NCBI GenBank assembly: GCA_964016885.1
Contig: OZ024752.1
Span: forward strand, 38,006,001-38,070,000
Source: Eledone cirrhosa
Taxonomy: Eukaryota
DNA length: 64,000 nt
Direction of reading: 5' to 3'
Shown: one piece after another, positions 57,356 to 64,000 of the stretch
Layout of the letters: each line of letters starts with the position of its first letter
Numbering within the stretch: the first letter of the stretch is position 1
Program-made: the position numbers and the translations under genes
Notes under the pieces: generated by a model
Database searches by the model: none
What the model saw: the letters and a program-made list of their open reading frames with translations, nothing else
What the model was told of the DNA's origin: nothing

Positions 57356-58011
57356 TTAAAAGCTGTTACATAAAGATTGTGTCTGGTTGAAATTGGCTGT
57401 AAAATTCAACACCAAATGAAAAAATAAAACATCACTGCCAAACTGTTTAGATTTAGGGAGCTGGTACTACTACTGAAAATGGATTGAGGGAGGGGGGGGG
57501 GGGGGGCTTCTCTCTTGGAGTGAGAGGTAGGTTGTATATATGCCTGCCTGCATGTAATGGAGAATGTTGTATGGCAGTGAGGCATGGGCTTTGACTGCAT
57601 ACAGAGGATCTGCGAAGGGTGGACGGAAGTGAAGTTTGGTCCCTCCAGAGGATGCGCAGAATCATACCTTAGAAGGGTTGAGGGTGTCAAGGTCACAACA
57701 ACCTGGTTAGTGTTAGTAACAAGATAAAAACACATCTAGTGTACTATGTAATGGAGTTGATGATAGGAAGGGCATCCAGCCATTGAAACGTTTTCCAAAC
57801 AAAGGGTAGAGCAGACTCTTTGATTGTGCCAAAGGACATGATGACCTCCCCAGTGCTAGAGCCATGATAAAATACATGGTACCCTCTGTAGAGTGTGAGA
57901 TGAGTAGCTCTGATTGAGTGGTCTGTAATGACATTACCCAAACTTTATTAGCAGAGAAAATGGATGATCAAGAAGAAAAAGACTATGTCAGTCTTCAAAA
58001 TAATTATTATT

Positions 58012-59028
58012 TGGGCAGTATCGGTAGAGAGTCGGACGCCATGCTTTCCAGCATAGTTACGTCCCTTTACAGTCTGAGTTCAAATCCCGCCGAGGTTTAC
58101 TTTGCCTTTCATCCTTACGGGGGTCGATAAAATAAAGTACCAGTAATGCACTGGATAATTGCTGGCCTTGTGCCTAAAGTAGAAACAATTATTTGTTCTA
58201 ATGGCGCTGTTAATAACACCTGTTTCTCTTACCTAGAGTGACAGAATTTGACAGCTATGGATCTGACTGCTCAAAGAATCATTATTGGCCCTTTATTTTC
58301 TTAGTTCAAATCCTGCCAAGATAAGCTTTGCCTTTGATCCTTCCTGGCGATAAAATAAAGCACCAGTAATGTACTGGGGTCGATTTAATCGACTTTCCCC
58401 TGCTCCCAGATTGCTGGCCTTGTGCCTGTAGTAGAAATCACTATTATTATTATTACTATTTTTAGGGCAGTGGATTGGCAGTATCGGTAGAGGGTCGGAC
58501 AATATGCCCTTCACGTTCTGAGTTCAAATCCCACTGTGGTTAACTTTGCCTTTCATCCTTACGGGGTTGATAAGATAAAGTACCAGTCACGCAATGGGGG
58601 TCGATTTAATCAACTTTCCTCTCCCCCAAAATTGCTGGCCTTGTGCCTAAATCAGGAACAATTATTATTATTTTTATTATTATGTATGGAGGCACATGGC
58701 TTAGTGGTTAGAGCATTGGCCTTGCAATCGAAAGGTTGTGAGTTCAATTCTCAGACCGGGTGATGTGTTGTTTCCTTGAGCAAGACACTTTATTTCACAT
58801 TGCTCCAGTTTACTCAGCTGTAGAAATGAGATGATAGGGACTGGGGTCCCTATCATTCCACTGCAAAGTGGACGTGGAGGTGCCACGGCAAAAAAGCACC
58901 CAGCACTCACTGTAAATGAGGTTGGTGTTAGGAAGGGCATCCAGCTGTAGAAATCAAGCCAGCATCAGTTCCTGTCCCACCCTTGCAAGCAGGGAAAAAG
59001 CGGACGTAAAATGAAATGATGATGAATG
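58012..59028 (+). mobile_element. SINE cluster: three family A copies and one family B copy (58687-59028)
   Basis: Family motifs. Confidence 0.85.
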
Positions 59029-59070
<42 letters not shown>

Positions 59071-59554
59071 ATATATTATATATATATATATTATAAGTAA
59101 GATGAAATGATGATGATGATGAAATGATTTCTTTTTATTCAACATTTCATTGTCCTTCTGTCAGTATTTAGGATTTCTGACATCTGAAGCCTTATGTATT
59201 TAGCAGTTTTGTGACGTGAACTCCTTAACCTCACAGCCATATTTGGTCTTTTGATGTCTTTATTTTACTTTTTGTTAATTCAAAAAGAAAATAGATCATC
59301 ATTCTTGTTTGTATTCTTATTTGTCACTAATTCATATATATTTAAATTTTAGGTGTTGGCAAAGGAAAAAAATCCAATAGAATTTTTATTTATACTTTTT
59401 GGGAGTTGTTATTCATGTCTGGGCACATGTGAATTAGAAAAGTATATATATTTAGTAAATACTGATTACTTTGTTCTCTTTTACTATTGTCCAACACTCT
59501 ACTGATCAACCCTCCAACCTTCCCATGCTGCTAATAATAATAATAATAATAATA

Positions 59555-60450
59555 ATGGTTTCTTATAAAGGCACAAGGCCAGCAATTACACAGTGCATTA
59601 CTGGTACTTTATTTCATCGACCCCCGTAAGAATGAAAGGCAGAGTCAACCTCGGCGGGATTTGAACTCAGATCATAAAGGGCCGTAACTCTATGCTGCAA
59701 AGCATGGCGTCCGACCCTCTACCGATACTGCCAATGGTTTCTTATATAGGTACAAGGCCAGTAATTTGGGGGAGGGAAAAGTCGATTAAATCAACCCCAG
59801 CGTCTGCCTGGTACTTTATTTCATCGACCCCGTAAGGATGAAAGGCAAAGTTAACCTCGGCAGGATTTGAACTCAGACCGTAAAGGGACGTAACTCTATG
59901 CTGCAAAGCATGGCGTCCGACCCTCTACCGACACTGCCAATCCACCGCAATAATAATGGTTTCTTATATAGGCACAAGGCCAGCAATTACCCAGTACATT
60001 ATTGGTACTTTATTTCATTGACCCCCGTAAGGATGAAAGGCAAAGTTAACCTCCGCGGGATTTGAACTCAGATCATAAAGGGCCGTAACTCTTTGCTACA
60101 AATAATTATAATAATTGTTTCTACTTTAGGCACAAGGCCAGCAATTACCCAGTGCATTACTGGTACTTTATTTTATTGACCCCGTAAGGATGAAAGGCAA
60201 AGTCAACCTCGGCGGGATTTATAATAATAGTATCTAATATAGGCACAAGTTCAGCTACTGGGGGAGGGTTATGGTCGAATTAATCTACTACAGATCTACC
60301 CCTATAAAAATCTCTGGCCTTGTGTCTATGTAAGAAAATATTCTTATATGAGGGGTGGATTGGCAGTATCGGTAGAGGGCCGGACGCCATGCTTTGACGC
60401 ATAGAGTTACGACCCTTTCCATTCTGAGTTCAAATCCTGCGCCTAGTTGA
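59555..60450. mobile_element. SINE A cluster (four minus-strand tandem copies, one plus-strand head)
   Basis: Family A motifs. Confidence 0.85.
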
Positions 60451-60580
60451 CCCCCCCCCCCTCTATTGTCTCATATTTCTCTACACCTTTCTTACTTCTA
60501 ATATGTCTATTACTGTATAGATTATAATTATAGCAACCTTTTGTATTTCTTTTATTTGATACAATCTCATCGTCATTGGC

Positions 60581-63540
60581 TTTCTTATTATCGTCATCAT
60601 CTTCCTTATTATCATCATCATCTTCCTTATTATCGTCATCATCTTTCTTGTTATCGTCATCATCTTTCTTGTTATCGTCATCATCTTCCTTATTATCGTC
60701 ATCATCTTTCTTATTATCGTCATCATCTTTCTAATTATCATCATCATCTTCCTTATTATCATCATCTTCCTTATTATCGTCATCATCTTTCTTATTATCA
60801 TCATCTTTCTTATTATCGTCATCATCTTTCTTATTATCGTCATCATCTTTCTTATTATCGTCATCATCTTCCTTATTATCGTCATCATCTTTCTTATTAT
60901 CGTCATCATCTTCCTTATTATCGTCATCATCTTTCTTATTATCGTCATCATCTTCCTTATTATCATCATCATCTTCCTTATTATCATCATCATCTTCCTT
61001 ATTATCATCATCATCTTCCTTATTATCGTCATCATCTTTCTTATTATTGTCATCATCTTTCTTATTATCATCATCTTTCTTATTATCGTCATCATCTTCC
61101 TTATTATCATCATCATCTTTCTTATTATTGTCATCATCTTTCTTATTATCGTCATCATCTTCCTTATTATCTTCATCATCTTTTTTATTATCGTCATCAT
61201 CTTTCTTATTATCGTCATCATCTTCCTTATTATCGTCATCCTCTTTCTTATTATCGTCATCATCTTTCTAATTATCATCATCATCTTCCTTATTATCATC
61301 ATCATCTTCCTTATTATCATCATCATCTTCCTTATTATCGTCATCATCTTTCTTATTATTGTCATCATCTTTCTTATTATCATCATCTTTCTTATTATCG
61401 TCATCATCTTTCTTATTATCGTCATCATCTTTCTTATTATCGTCATCATCTTTCTTATTATTGTCATCATCTTTCTTATTATTGTCATCATCTTTCTTAT
61501 TATCGTCATCATCTTTCTTATTATCGTCATCATCTTCCTTATTATCGTCATCATCTTCCTTATTATCATCATCATCTTTCTTATTATCATCATCTTCCTT
61601 ATTATCGTCATCATCTTTCTTATTATCGTCATCATCTTTTTTATTATCGTCATCATCTTTCTTATTATCGTCATCATCTTCCTTATTATCGTCATCATCT
61701 TCCTTATTATCATCATCATCTTTCTTATTATCATCTTCCTTATTATCTTCATCATCTTTTTTATTATCGTCATCATCTTTCTTATTATCATCTTCCTTAT
61801 TATCGTCATCATCTTTCTTATTATCGTCATCATCTTCCTTATTATCGTCATCATCTTTCTTATTATCGTCATCATCTTCCTTATTATCGTCATCATCTTC
61901 CTTATTATCGTCATCATCTTTCTTATTATCGTCATCATCTTCCTTATTATCGTCATCATCTTCCTTATTATCGTCATCATCTTTCTTATTATCGTCATCA
62001 TCTTCCTTATTATCGTCATCATCTTCCTTATTATCGTCATCATCTTCCTTATTATCGTCATCATCTTTCTTATTATCGTCATCATCTTTCTTATTATCGT
62101 CATCATCTTCCTTATTATCGTCATCATCTTCCTTATTATCGTCATCATCTTCCTTATTATCGTCATCATCTTTCTTATTATCGTCATCATCTTCCTTATT
62201 ATCGTCATCATCTTCCTTATTATCGTCATCATCTTCCTTATTATCGTCATCATCTTCCTTATTATCGTCATCATCTTCCTTATTATCGTCATCATCTTTC
62301 TTATTATCGTCATCATCTTCCTTATTATCGTCATCATCTTCCTTATTATCGTCATCATCTTCCTTATTATCGTCATCATCTTTCTTATTATCGTCATCAT
62401 CTTTCTTATTATCGTCATCATCTTCCTTATTATCGTCATCATCTTCCTTATTATCGTCATCATCTTCCTTATTATCGTCATCATCTTTCTTATTATCGTC
62501 ATCATCTTCCTTATTATCGTCATCATCTTCCTTATTATCGTCATCATCTTCCTTATTATCGTCATCATCTTCCTTATTATCGTCATCATCTTCCTTATTA
62601 TCGTCATCATCTTTCTTATTATCGTCATCATCTTCCTTATTATCGTCATCATCTTCCTTATTATCGTCATCATCTTCCTTATTATCGTCATCATCTTTCT
62701 TATTATCGTCATCATCTTTCTTATTATCGTCATCATCTTCCTTATTATCGTCATCATCTTCCTTATTATCGTCATCATCTTCCTTATTATCGTCATCATC
62801 TTTCTTATTATCGTCATCATCTTCCTTATTATCGTCATCATCTTCCTTATTATCGTCATCATCTTCCTTATTATCGTCATCATCTTCCTTATTATCGTCA
62901 TCATCTTCCTTATTATCGTCATCATCTTTCTTATTATCGTCATCATCTTCCTTATTATCGTCATCATCTTCCTTATTATCGTCATCATCTTCCTTATTAT
63001 CGTCATCATCTTTCTTATTATCGTCATCATCTTTCTTATTATCGTCATCATCTTCCTTATTATCGTCATCATCTTCCTTATTATCGTCATCATCTTCCTT
63101 ATTATCGTCATCATCTTTCTTATTATCGTCATCATCTTCCTTATTATCGTCATCATCTTCCTTATTATCGTCATCATCTTCCTTATTATCGTCATCATCT
63201 TCCTTATTATCGTCATCATCTTTCTTATTATCGTCATCATCTTCCTTATTATCGTCATCATCTTCCTTATTATCGTCATCATCTTCCTTATTATCGTCAT
63301 CATCTTTCTTATTATCGTCATCATCTTTCTTATTATCGTCATCATCTTCCTTATTATCGTCATCATCTTCCTTATTATCGTCATCATCTTCCTTATTATC
63401 GTCATCATCTTTCTTATTATCGTCATCATCTTCCTTATTATCGTCATCATCTTCCTTATTATCGTCATCATCTTCCTTATTATCGTCATCATCTTCCTTA
63501 TTATCGTCATCATCTTCCTTATTATCGTCATCATCTTTGT
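60581..63540. repeat. 21-bp minisatellite TTATTATCGTCATCATCTT(C/T)C, ~140 units
   Basis: Directly visible; left part degenerate, right part homogeneous. Confidence 0.97.
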
Positions 63541-63629
63541 TGTCATCATCGTTGTCGTTGTCATCAAATTTATTGGACAAAATGTTAGACTTTACATGCA
63601 GCCAATGTCAAAAGTATTCATTATTACCA

Positions 63630-64000
63630 ACCATCACCACCACACATCACCCCCATCTACACCATCACCACCACACATCACCCCCATCTACACCATCACC
63701 ACCACCACCACTACCACCTACACCACCACACATCACCCCCATCTACACCATCACCACCACCACCACTACCACCTACACCATCACACATCACACCCATCTA
63801 CACCATTACCAGCCTCCACCATCACCACCACCACCACCACCACCACCTACACCATCACCCCCATCTACACGATTACCAGCCTCCACCATCACCACCACCA
63901 CCACACATCACCCCCATCTACACCATCACACATCACCCCCACCCCCACCACCACACATCACCCCCATCTACACCATTACCAGCCTCCACCACCACCACCA
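63630..64000. repeat. CAC-rich minisatellite (core cacatcacccccatctacaccatcacc)
   Basis: Directly visible. Confidence 0.9.

Noticed and set aside
60481-63588. 1028-aa and 1015-aa ORFs (KMMTIIR / YYRHHLP)
   Set aside because: A 21-bp stop-free unit is open in several frames; no unique coding flanks

Overview
AT-rich, repeat-saturated animal genomic DNA. The SINE/RTE/(TA)n content suggests a cephalopod such as octopus (inference). Most ORFs in the track are microsatellite artefacts. The only host gene I can support is a minus-strand first coding exon of a prominin-like membrane protein (ATG 35448, donor after 35223). If that call is right, much of the left part of the window is probably intron. 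The rest is mobile DNA: RTE LINE fragments, three tRNA-derived SINE families, piggyBac-, hAT-, mariner- and pogo-like MITEs, two CRE-like 3' ends, and three Penelope-like element (PLE) RT/GIY-YIG remnants. The most notable signal is a dense set of fold-back (palindromic) inserts sitting in (TA)n tracts. They derive from PLE-type 3' ends and carry minimal type I hammerhead ribozymes from at least five sequence families. One family shows compensatory stem changes and a palindromic helix III, and inversion points recur at or just upstream of the ribozyme core. Also notable: an in-frame TGA at a conserved Cys position of a PLE, SINE tail-swapping between two RTE partners, and a 21-bp minisatellite with a 15-mer higher-order repeat. 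All structures were folded by eye and no searches were run.
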